A stretch of 20,484 bases of DNA from assembly GCA_040905425.1 (NCBI GenBank), contig JBBDRO010000031.1:1-20484 (forward strand), written 5' to 3'. Within the stretch, counting starts at the first letter, position 1; the number at the start of each line of letters is the position of its first letter. Below are positions 8,578 through 16,679 of the stretch, piece by piece. The position numbers and the translations under genes are program-made. The stretch comes from Gemmatimonadota bacterium. Its GTDB lineage: Bacteria > Gemmatimonadota > Gemmatimonadetes > Longimicrobiales > RSA9. The notes under the pieces were generated by a model. That model saw only the letters and a program-made list of their open reading frames with translations, searched no databases and was not told the DNA's origin.

Positions 8578-11500
8578 ATGATCAGCGATCGCGTCCTCCG
8601 TTTCATCGTGCCGGACCATGAGGCGCTCGGGCGCATTGCCACGGCGCCGCTGCCCCTGGAGCTGCACGAGGTGGGGGCGGATCTGGATGTCTTCCGCATT
8701 GTCTACTTCGACACCCGGGCGGGCGACCTGACACGCAAACGCGCCAGTGTGCGCCTGCGCATCCGGCCGGACGAGACGCAGCTGCTGCAGGTGGAGGTGG
8801 ATGCGCCGGCGGCGCGCGAGGATGGCGTGTTGCGGCGCCATGCGGAGGCCGATGTGCCGTCGCTGCCCGCCGCCGAGCTGTTCGCGGGCACCTCCGAGCC
8901 GGCCCGTATGCTGCGCGCGCTCGTGGACCCCGCGCACCTGAAGCCGGCCTTCGAGCTGGAGACGGTCCGGCAGGTACGGATGGCGGCGCCCGCGGCGGGA
9001 GGCGCGGAGACGATCCGTTTCTCCTTCGATGCCGTCACCGTACGCAAGGGCAACGTGAGCGGCGAGCTCCACGAGTTGGAGGTGGCCATCAAGGCCGGTG
9101 AGCCCGTGGGTTCCTACGACGGGCTGGTGGAGGACATCGAGCGCGCTTACGGCGTTCATCTCACGCTGGCGGACACGGTGGCGCGGGCGCGCCGGCTGCT
9201 GGACCAACTGATGCTGGACCGGCTGGAGCAGGACGTGCGCGGCGCGCGTGAAGTAGCCGTCGTCGCTTATCAAGGGGGCCGCATTGCCCTGGCGCGAAAC
9301 GGCAAGGAGCTGCGCATTCCCACGGGCCATGGTTCGGGGCAGGACGCCTGCCGGCGCGTGCTGCGCAACGTGTTCGGTAAGGCCTACGCGCGCATCCGTC
9401 TGCTGGGCACCAGTGCCGGCGTGGAGGCGCGGCCCGGTCTGGAGGTATGGCTGGCGGAGGGGCTCACCCACAACGACGGCGAGTGTGACTGGCTGCCGCT
9501 GGATGACGTCCTCGAGCGGGTGGGTTCGCCGCGCCTGCGGGATGCGCGTACGCTGGCCGCCCTGCACACCATCGCGCGCTCCGATCTGGCCGTGCGCGCG
9601 GCCAACGGCGGCGAGCCCACGGCCCGGGCTCCCGCCTACCCGATCTTCGCGCGGGCGGTATCCAAGGCCAAGGTGGACGCCATGCTCGAGCAGCCCGAAT
9701 CGGAGAAGGTGGCCTCCGAGCTGCTGCTCAACCCCGAACTCAGCCGGCTCTCCTTTGACGAGCGCATTCTCTTCATGGCCGAGGACGAGCACACGCCCCT
9801 CCTGGAGCGGGTGCGCTTCCTGTCCATGTTCGGCCAGCGGCTGGATGATTTCTTCATGACCCGGGTGGCCGAGTTCAAGCAGGAGTTGGCCGCAAAATCC
9901 ACGGAGACCACCCCGGACGGCCTGACCGCCGGCGAGCAGCTGGACGTGGTGCGGATCCGGGCGCGCCAGGTGGCGAGGCGCGCCTACCGGCTGCTCGGTG
10001 ACCAGCTGCTGCCCACCCTGGAAGCCAACGGCATCCACGTGCTGGGCTGGCAGGAACTGGGGGAGGAGGACCGCGCGCACCTGCGGCAGAACTTCACCGC
10101 CAAGGTGGAGGCGGTGACCACGCCGGTGATCGCGGACCCCACGCATCCCTTTCCCCACATCCGCAACCTGAGGCCGGCCCTTGCCGCCACGCTGCGGCTG
10201 CCCGAGAGCCGGGACGAGCACTTCGTGGCTATCGAGCTGCCCAGCGGGCTGCCGCGCTTCGTGCCGCTGCCCGACGGCCGCCGCTTCGTGCCGCTCGAGG
10301 ACATCATCCTGGCCTCGCTCCCGAACCTCTATCCGGGGCTGGAGCTGGTGCAGGCCAACACCTTCCGCGTGACGCGGAGCGGCGTCATCGAGCTGCAGGA
10401 GGAGCCGGCGGGCGGCGTGCTGAGCGCCATCGAGGAGGAGATCGAGCGGCGCCCGTTCGGTGACGTGGTCCGGCTGGAGGTGCAGAGCACCATGCCCGCC
10501 GCGGTGCGGGACCGGCTGCTGCGCGAGCTGCAGTACGAGCGGCCCGACGTGGAGTCCAACCTGTCGGTGGCGGACGTGCACGTGGTGGACGGTCTCGTGG
10601 ACCTGGCGGCGCTGCGGGAGCTGGGCGCACTGGAGGTGCCCGCCCTGCACTTCCCGGCGCAGGAGCACTACAGCCCCCTGGAGGCCGACCGACCGGTGCT
10701 GGACCAGATCCGCGAGGGGGACGTGCTGCTGCGTTTTCCGGAGCATTCCTTCGACGACACGCTCGAGCGCTTCATGGCGGAGGCGGCGGAGGACCCGGAC
10801 GTCGTGGCCATGAAGATCACGCTGTATCGCACCAACCCCGACTCCCGGCTGGTGCGCGCGCTGGCCGACGCCCGCAGCCAGGGCAAGGACGCCTTCGCGC
10901 TGGTGGAGCTGAAGGCCAGCTTCGACGAGCGGCGCAACATCGAGTGGGCGCGCTCGCTGCAGAACGCGGGCATCCACGTGGTCTTCAGTCCCGCCAACAT
11001 CAAGGTGCACGCCAAGATCGCCCTCGTCGTGCGCAGGGAGGAAGACGGCCTGCACCGCTACGTCTACATCGGCACGGGCAACCTGAACGCCGCCACCGCG
11101 CGGGCCTACACGGACGTGGGGCTGCTGTCCTCCCGTCCCGAGCTGGGGGAGGAGGTGAGCGCGGTCTTCAACCTGCTCACGGCCTACTCCGGGGATCGCA
11201 CCTTCGAGCACCTGCTCGTCTCACCCTTCACCATGCGGCCGCGCTTCCTGCAGTTGATCGAGCGCGAGATCGAGCACGCCAAGGCGGGCCGCGAGGCATA
11301 CATCCGGGCGCAGATGAACGGCCTGGCCGATCGTCGGCTGATCGCCGCCCTCTACCGGGCGTCGCACGCCGGCGTGCGCATCGACATGGCGGTGCGGGAG
11401 ATCTGCTGCCTGCGCCCCGGCGTGCCGGGCCTTTCGGAGCACATCCGCGTGGTCAGCGTGCTCGGCCGCTTCCTGCAGCATTCACGCATCTTCTATTTCC

Positions 11501-11712
11501 ACAATGCGGGTGAGCCCGAGTACTTCCTGGGCTCCGCGGACTGGCGGCCGCGCAACCTGTCCAAGCGCGTGGAGGTGGCCACGCCCATCATCGAACCGGC
11601 GCACCGCGCCGTGCTCGACGAGATGCTGGAAGGCGTCCTCCGCCATCCGGAGGCGTGGGAGCTCACCGGTGACGGCACCCTGGTGCGCGGGGACGACGTG
11701 GTGGCCATCTGA
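8578..11712 (+). CDS. ppk1: Polyphosphate kinase 1 with N-terminal CYTH-like and NUDIX-like domains
   Basis: PPK1 from about aa 382: NPELS.LSF, PLLERVRFL, HPFPHI, KITLYRT, KVHAK (phospho-His, aa 811), GTGNLN, AYTD, RFLQHSRIF, GSADW, RNL..RVEV. aa 1-210 CYTH-like (YFDT...L....SVRLR, DAV, ELEV); aa about 222-340 NUDIX-like. Starts 2 bp after the previous stop. Confidence 0.93.
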   Translation: MISDRVLRFIVPDHEALGRIATAPLPLELHEVGADLDVFRIVYFDTRAGDLTRKRASVRLRIRPDETQLLQVEVDAPAAREDGVLRRHAEADVPSLPAAELFAGTSEPARMLRALVDPAHLKPAFELETVRQVRMAAPAAGGAETIRFSFDAVTVRKGNVSGELHELEVAIKAGEPVGSYDGLVEDIERAYGVHLTLADTVARARRLLDQLMLDRLEQDVRGAREVAVVAYQGGRIALARNGKELRIPTGHGSGQDACRRVLRNVFGKAYARIRLLGTSAGVEARPGLEVWLAEGLTHNDGECDWLPLDDVLERVGSPRLRDARTLAALHTIARSDLAVRAANGGEPTARAPAYPIFARAVSKAKVDAMLEQPESEKVASELLLNPELSRLSFDERILFMAEDEHTPLLERVRFLSMFGQRLDDFFMTRVAEFKQELAAKSTETTPDGLTAGEQLDVVRIRARQVARRAYRLLGDQLLPTLEANGIHVLGWQELGEEDRAHLRQNFTAKVEAVTTPVIADPTHPFPHIRNLRPALAATLRLPESRDEHFVAIELPSGLPRFVPLPDGRRFVPLEDIILASLPNLYPGLELVQANTFRVTRSGVIELQEEPAGGVLSAIEEEIERRPFGDVVRLEVQSTMPAAVRDRLLRELQYERPDVESNLSVADVHVVDGLVDLAALRELGALEVPALHFPAQEHYSPLEADRPVLDQIREGDVLLRFPEHSFDDTLERFMAEAAEDPDVVAMKITLYRTNPDSRLVRALADARSQGKDAFALVELKASFDERRNIEWARSLQNAGIHVVFSPANIKVHAKIALVVRREEDGLHRYVYIGTGNLNAATARAYTDVGLLSSRPELGEEVSAVFNLLTAYSGDRTFEHLLVSPFTMRPRFLQLIEREIEHAKAGREAYIRAQMNGLADRRLIAALYRASHAGVRIDMAVREICCLRPGVPGLSEHIRVVSVLGRFLQHSRIFYFHNAGEPEYFLGSADWRPRNLSKRVEVATPIIEPAHRAVLDEMLEGVLRHPEAWELTGDGTLVRGDDVVAI

Positions 11713-11721
11713 GCCGGTGCG

Positions 11722-12129
11722 TCAGTCCCGCCTGCGCAGGCGGAGGCGCACGGTCGGCACCGAATCACGGGTGACGATCACGCGGGAGCCGGCGATGCCC
11801 GCGTCGCGGAGCGCCCGACCGGCACGGCCGAGCGCCGCGGTATCCGCCCCGAGCACCTCCACGTCGAGCAGCGGGTAGCGCGCCAGCAGCGGCGCCACGA
11901 GCATGGCGCCGATCACCACCGCGGAGCTGTTCAGCGCCAGGCCCAGGGTGGCAATGGCCCCGGACAGGATCAGGATCGACCAGTAGGGCAGGTCATTGTC
12001 CACCGCCGCGGCGGCCGTCTCCTGGAAGATCAGCGGTCAATCCCACCGCCCCACGCCGAGCTGCTCGCCCGCGGCGTCCTCGATGGCGCTCGGCTGATCC
12101 GCTTCGGAGCTGCTCGCTTTCGACGCCAT
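11722..12129 (-). pseudogene. Disrupted DUF389 (TIGR00341-like) membrane protein gene
   Basis: One frame from ATG 12129 reads MASK...GVGRWD*PLIFQETAAAAVDNDLPYWSILILSGAIATLGLALNSSAVVIGAMLVAPLL..., with an in-frame TGA at 12037-12039. The IATLGL..NS.AVVIGAMLVAPL signature is followed at once by a short soluble tail, so most TM helices are missing. Confidence 0.82.
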
Positions 12130-12337
12130 GGGCAGACCTCTGTGGAGGGGAATCGGACGTCCCCGAAGCACGAACCGTACCCCGCTCCCGCACCCGTGCG
12201 GTCCTTTGGCAGCGCCACCGCGCTGGACCCGGCGGCGTCGGGGGCGTATCGTTTTGCATCCCTCGGAGCTTCGCCGCCGCCCCCCGGGGCCGGCGCGGTC
12301 ACATGGCACCCTCCCCCAGAGCAGGAGCCGCCCGCTG

Positions 12338-14482
12338 ATGGCCACCACCGCGGCCGCAGGCACCACCGGGTCCGATCCGCAGGCCGTCCGCCGGGCGGCC
12401 ATCGAGCTCGTGGTAGTCTCCTTCATCGTGCTCTTTCAGGAGCTGGCGCTCATCCGCTGGCTGCCGGGGCAGGTGCGGGTGGCCGCCTACTTCCCGAACC
12501 TGGTGCTCATCAGCGCGTTCCTGGGCCTGGGGCTCGGCAGCCTGCGCGCGCGGCGGGCCAGCCTCCTGTGGACATGGCCGGTGAGCCTGCTGGCGCTGGT
12601 GGCCGGCGCCCTGTGGGCCAGCGGCATTGCCTTCACGAGCAATCCGGAGACCGAGCACCTCTGGCTGCTCTACGCGGATCTGCCGGAAGGGGCGCGGGTG
12701 GTGGACGGGGTGCGCCTGCCGATCGTGGCTTTCTTCGTGCTCTCGGCAACGAGCTTCGTGGCGCTGGGACAGGTGGTGGCCGCGCGGCTGCTGGCGCTCC
12801 GTGACAGCCTCGGGGCGCTGCGCGGCTACGCCCTGGACCTCACCGGCTCCCTGCTCGGCGTGACGGCGTTCGCGCTCGCGGCGCTCCTGCTGAGCGCGCC
12901 CTGGGTGTGGTTCACCACCTTCCTGCTGGCCGGACTGGTCCTGTTCCGCGGGCGGCGCCGCTCCGGCGCTCTCTACGTGGCCTGCGCGGCGGCCGTACTG
13001 ACCCTGGTTGTGGTGGGTGAGCGGGCCAGCTACTACAGCCCCTATTACGCGCTCAGCGTACGTGACCTGGGGGAGGGCGCGCTGGCCGTGGAGACGAACG
13101 GCTCGCTGCACCAGGTGGCACTCCCCATGAGGCGCGGCGACGGGGGCAGCAATCCGCTCCACACCCAGGTGCGCGCCGGCTACCACCTGCCCTTCCGCTA
13201 CCTGGATGCCCCGCCCAAGCGCGCCCTGGTGCTCGGCGCCGGCACGGGCAACGACGTGGCCGTGCTGCTGGACGAGGGCGTGGAGCGGGTGGACGCGGTG
13301 GAGATCGATCCGGTCATCCTGGACATCGGGCGCATTGCCCACCCCAATCGCCCCTACGACTCGGAGCGCGTGCGGGTGTTCAATACGGACGCGCGCTCGT
13401 TCCTGAACCACGGCACGGAGCTCTATGACCTGATCGTGTTCGGCACGCTGGACTCCATGACCCGGCTGTCCGCGCTCTCCAACGTGCGCCTGGACAATTT
13501 TGTCTACACGCAGGAGTCCATCGATGCCGCCCGCGCGCGGCTGGCGCCGGGCGGCGGCATGGCGCTCTACTTCATGTCCTCCACGTCCTACATCGACGAT
13601 CACCTGGCCGCCATGCTGACCCGCGCCTTCGGCACGCCGCCGGCGCTGCACGCCAACTACTACCAGCTCTTCAACCGCCTCTACCTGACCGGGGACGCGT
13701 TCGCCCATGTGGGTGCCGAACCCGGCTGGAGCCGGCCGGACGGCGCGGCCGCGGCGGTGGTGCCGAGCGACGACTGGCCGTTCCTCTACCTGGCCGAGCG
13801 CACCGTCACGCCCTTCTACCTGTCCCTGATCGCCATCTTCCTGGCCCTGGCCGTGGCCGGCATCTTCGCCGCCTCTCCGGAGATGCGGGCCTCGCTGGGC
13901 ACTCGGGGCGGGGTGGACGCCGAGATGTTCCTCTTCGGGCTGGCGTTCCTGCTGCTGGAGACGCACTTCGTCACGGCCATCAACCTGGTGTGGGGGGCCA
14001 CCTGGCTCACCAGCGCCGTGGTGTTCGGCTCCATCCTGGCCATGGTGCTCATGGCCACACTGCTCACGCACGTCCGCCCGCTCACCTACCGGCTGGCCGC
14101 CACCGGACTGGTCGGATCCCTGCTCGTGGCCTACTTCATTCCCGTGGACGCGCTGCTGCTGGCCAACCCGCTGGCGCGCCTGGCGGCGTCCGTGCTCTAC
14201 GTGGGCGTGCCCATCTTCTTTGCCGCCGTATGCTTCGCGGTGCGCTTCAACACACGCTCGGCGGTGGACGTGGCCTTCGGCTGGAACCTGCTCGGCGCGG
14301 TGGCCGGCGGGCTGCTCGAGTTCCTGGGCATGGCTACCGGCCTGAAGGCGCTTACGCTGGTGGCGGTGGCCGCCTACCTGCTGGCCTTCGCGCTGGCCGC
14401 GCGCCGCGGCGACCCCACGCCGGTGCCGCCCGCTCCGACACCCCGGTCGGCCGCTCCCGAGCCGCTGCCGGCGGGCGGATGA
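12338..14482 (+). CDS. Multi-pass membrane protein with a spermidine-synthase-like class I SAM-binding domain
   Basis: About 7 N-terminal TMs; central RALVLGAGTGNDVA, VDAVEIDP, TDARSF, YDLIVFG, PGGG; SDDWPFLYL; about 6 C-terminal TMs. ATG 12338 has AGGAG upstream. Confidence 0.85.
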   Translation: MATTAAAGTTGSDPQAVRRAAIELVVVSFIVLFQELALIRWLPGQVRVAAYFPNLVLISAFLGLGLGSLRARRASLLWTWPVSLLALVAGALWASGIAFTSNPETEHLWLLYADLPEGARVVDGVRLPIVAFFVLSATSFVALGQVVAARLLALRDSLGALRGYALDLTGSLLGVTAFALAALLLSAPWVWFTTFLLAGLVLFRGRRRSGALYVACAAAVLTLVVVGERASYYSPYYALSVRDLGEGALAVETNGSLHQVALPMRRGDGGSNPLHTQVRAGYHLPFRYLDAPPKRALVLGAGTGNDVAVLLDEGVERVDAVEIDPVILDIGRIAHPNRPYDSERVRVFNTDARSFLNHGTELYDLIVFGTLDSMTRLSALSNVRLDNFVYTQESIDAARARLAPGGGMALYFMSSTSYIDDHLAAMLTRAFGTPPALHANYYQLFNRLYLTGDAFAHVGAEPGWSRPDGAAAAVVPSDDWPFLYLAERTVTPFYLSLIAIFLALAVAGIFAASPEMRASLGTRGGVDAEMFLFGLAFLLLETHFVTAINLVWGATWLTSAVVFGSILAMVLMATLLTHVRPLTYRLAATGLVGSLLVAYFIPVDALLLANPLARLAASVLYVGVPIFFAAVCFAVRFNTRSAVDVAFGWNLLGAVAGGLLEFLGMATGLKALTLVAVAAYLLAFALAARRGDPTPVPPAPTPRSAAPEPLPAGG

Positions 14483-15375
14483 ACGCCGCCTGGCTCGTCC
14501 CCGCGCTGATCCTGTCCTCCCCCGCGTGCGCCCTCCAGGACGCCGCGCGGGAGACCGAGCGGCAGGTGGTGCTCATCACCGGCTCCACCGACGGCCTGGG
14601 CCGGGAGCTGGCGCTGCGCCTGGGCGCCGCCGGCGCGCACGTCATCGTGCACGGGCGTGACACGGCACGCGGCCGTGAGGTGGTGGAAGCCATCACCATG
14701 GAGGGGAGCGGCAGCGCCCGCTTCTACGCGGCCGACTTCGCCTCCTTCGCGGAGGTCCGCGCGCTCGGCCAGGCCATCCTGCGTGACTACGAGCGCCTGG
14801 ACATCCTCATCAACAACGCCGGCATCGGTCCGGGAGCGCCCGGAGCGCCGCGCCGCCTGAGCAGCGACGGCCACGAGCTGCGCTTCCAGGTGAACTACCT
14901 GGCGGGCTTCCTGCTCACCCGCATGCTCCTGCCCCGCCTGCGGGAGAGCGCGCCGGCGCGCATCATCAATGTCTCCTCGCGCGGCCAGCAGCCCATCGAC
15001 TTCACCGACCTGACCATGGAGCGGGACTTCAGCGGCGGCCTGGCCTACCGGCGCAGCAAGCTGGCCCAGATCCTCTTCACCTTCGACCTGGCCGGGGAAC
15101 TGGCCGGCTCCGGCGTGGTGGTGAACGCCGTGCATCCCGCGCCCGCCATGGACACCGGCCTGGTGCGCGAGACGGGCGGCCAGCCGCAGAGTTCCGTGGC
15201 GGACGGCGTGCGCAGCGTCCTGCTGCAGGTCACCCGTCCGGACCCGACGAACGGCCAGTACTTCCACGAGACGGAGCCCGCGCGCGCCCACGAGCAGGCG
15301 TACGATCCGGCGGCCCGGGAGCGGCTGCGGGAGCTCTCCTACGAACTCACGGGCCTACGGCGCGAGCGCCCCTGA
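14479..15375 (+). CDS. Short-chain dehydrogenase/reductase (SDR)
   Basis: ITGSTDGLG Rossmann motif, LDILINNAG, FQVNYL, NVSS, catalytic YRRSK, VHP; ATGA overlap with the upstream stop. Confidence 0.93.
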   Translation: MNAAWLVPALILSSPACALQDAARETERQVVLITGSTDGLGRELALRLGAAGAHVIVHGRDTARGREVVEAITMEGSGSARFYAADFASFAEVRALGQAILRDYERLDILINNAGIGPGAPGAPRRLSSDGHELRFQVNYLAGFLLTRMLLPRLRESAPARIINVSSRGQQPIDFTDLTMERDFSGGLAYRRSKLAQILFTFDLAGELAGSGVVVNAVHPAPAMDTGLVRETGGQPQSSVADGVRSVLLQVTRPDPTNGQYFHETEPARAHEQAYDPAARERLRELSYELTGLRRERP

Positions 15376-15483
15376 AGCGCACACCCCTTGTAAGCGACGT
15401 CCCCGCGCCGCCTTCCACGCGCACCCCACGCACCGTACCTTCCTCTTTCTTCATCCGAACCGACGCCCCACACGGAGCTGATC

Positions 15484-16569
15484 ATGACGCCACGACGCCT
15501 GCGCCTTGCCGCCCTTCTCCTGGTCCCGATCCTGGCGGTGGGCTGCGGTGACACCGCCCGGGAGGGCAGCATGGAGGAGACTACCTTCGACGCCGCCGAT
15601 GACACCGCCCCGCGCGTGGAGTACGGCATGGTCATCCACGGCGGCGCCGGCACCATCACCCGGGAGTCCATGACGCCCGAGCTGGAGCAGCAGTACCGCA
15701 CCAGGATGGAGGAGGCGCTGCGGGCCGGCCACGAGGTGCTCGCGGGCGGGGGCCCGGCGCTGGACGCGGTGGAGGCCACGCTGCGTCTCCTGGAGGATTC
15801 GGAACTCTTCAACGCCGGCCGCGGCGCCGTGTTCACGGCCGACGGCACCAACGCGCTGGACGCCTCCATCATGGACGGCGCCACCCTGCGGGCCGGCGCG
15901 GTGGCCGGCGTCAGCACGGTGCGGAACCCCATCACCCTGGCCCGCTACGTCATGGAGCGCTCACCGCACGTCATGCTGAGCGGCACGGGCGCCGAGCAGT
16001 TCGCGCGCGAGCAGGGCATCGAGGTGACCCCGGCCGACTACTTCCGCACCGACCGGCGCTGGCAGCAGTTGCAGGAGGCGCAGGAGGCCGAGCGCGCCGC
16101 GCAGGCGGGCGGCGCGGGGATGGCCAGCGGCAGGGCGCCCGCCACGTGGAAGTACGGCACGGTGGGCGCGGCCGCGCTCGACCAGGCGGGCAATCTGGCC
16201 GCCGGTACCACCACGGGCGGCATGACCAACAAGAAGTGGGGGCGCATCGGGGACTCGCCGGTGATCGGCGCGGGGACCTATGCCAACGCCAGCTGCGCCC
16301 TCTCGGCCACGGGCTGGGGGGAGTACTTCATCCGCAACGTGGTGGCCTACGACATCTGCGCGCGCGCCGAGTACCTCGAGGTGCCGCTTCCGGAGGCCGC
16401 GCGCCAGGTCATCATGGAGAAGCTCGAGGCGCAGGAGCCCGAGACCGGCGGCATCATCGGCCTGGACAGCCAGGGCCGCGTGGTCATGGCCTTCAACAGC
16501 CAGGGCATGTACCGCGGCTGGGTGGATCAGGACGGCAACGTGACCGTGGCCATCTACCGGGACCCGTAG
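15484..16569 (+). CDS. iaaA: Isoaspartyl peptidase / L-asparaginase (Ntn hydrolase), predicted lipoprotein
   Basis: IHGGAG, LEDSELFNAGRGAV, LDASIMDG, RNPI, autocleavage G|TVG, TTTGG, GRIGDSP, SATGWGE; lipobox LAVGC (Cys21). Confidence 0.93.
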   Translation: MTPRRLRLAALLLVPILAVGCGDTAREGSMEETTFDAADDTAPRVEYGMVIHGGAGTITRESMTPELEQQYRTRMEEALRAGHEVLAGGGPALDAVEATLRLLEDSELFNAGRGAVFTADGTNALDASIMDGATLRAGAVAGVSTVRNPITLARYVMERSPHVMLSGTGAEQFAREQGIEVTPADYFRTDRRWQQLQEAQEAERAAQAGGAGMASGRAPATWKYGTVGAAALDQAGNLAAGTTTGGMTNKKWGRIGDSPVIGAGTYANASCALSATGWGEYFIRNVVAYDICARAEYLEVPLPEAARQVIMEKLEAQEPETGGIIGLDSQGRVVMAFNSQGMYRGWVDQDGNVTVAIYRDP

Positions 16570-16588
16570 CGCGCACAACGCCTGCGGG

Positions 16589-16620
16589 GCACAGCCCGGG
16601 CGCACTGGCCCGGGCTGTGC
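16589..16620 (+). terminator. 13-bp perfect inverted repeat after iaaA (terminator-like or RNA-stabilising hairpin, no U tract)
   Basis: GCACAGCCCGGGC-gcactg-GCCCGGGCTGTGC, 20 nt after the iaaA stop. Confidence 0.55.
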
Positions 16621-16679
16621 GCTGTGGCCTCCGGCACCGGCTGCCGTGCCGCCGGGAGACCACAGCCACCGGAGTCATC

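Noticed and set aside
8548..11211. 887-aa antisense ORF opposite ppk1
   Set aside because: Codon-register shadow of a high-GC gene; no recognisable motifs.
12037..12039. In-frame TGA as selenocysteine or programmed readthrough
   Set aside because: No redox-motif context, and the gene is also internally truncated, so decay is the simpler explanation.
4900..14071. Other long antisense ORFs (4900..5799, 5918..6784, 6827..8287, 12299..14071)
   Set aside because: Each lies opposite a well-supported + strand gene and has the His/Gln/Arg/Gly-rich composition typical of shadow frames.
105..14482. speA plus the spermidine-synthase-like gene as a polyamine operon
   Set aside because: They are 10 kb apart, separated by opposite-strand genes; no speB/speD is present and the aminopropyltransferase motifs are not canonical.
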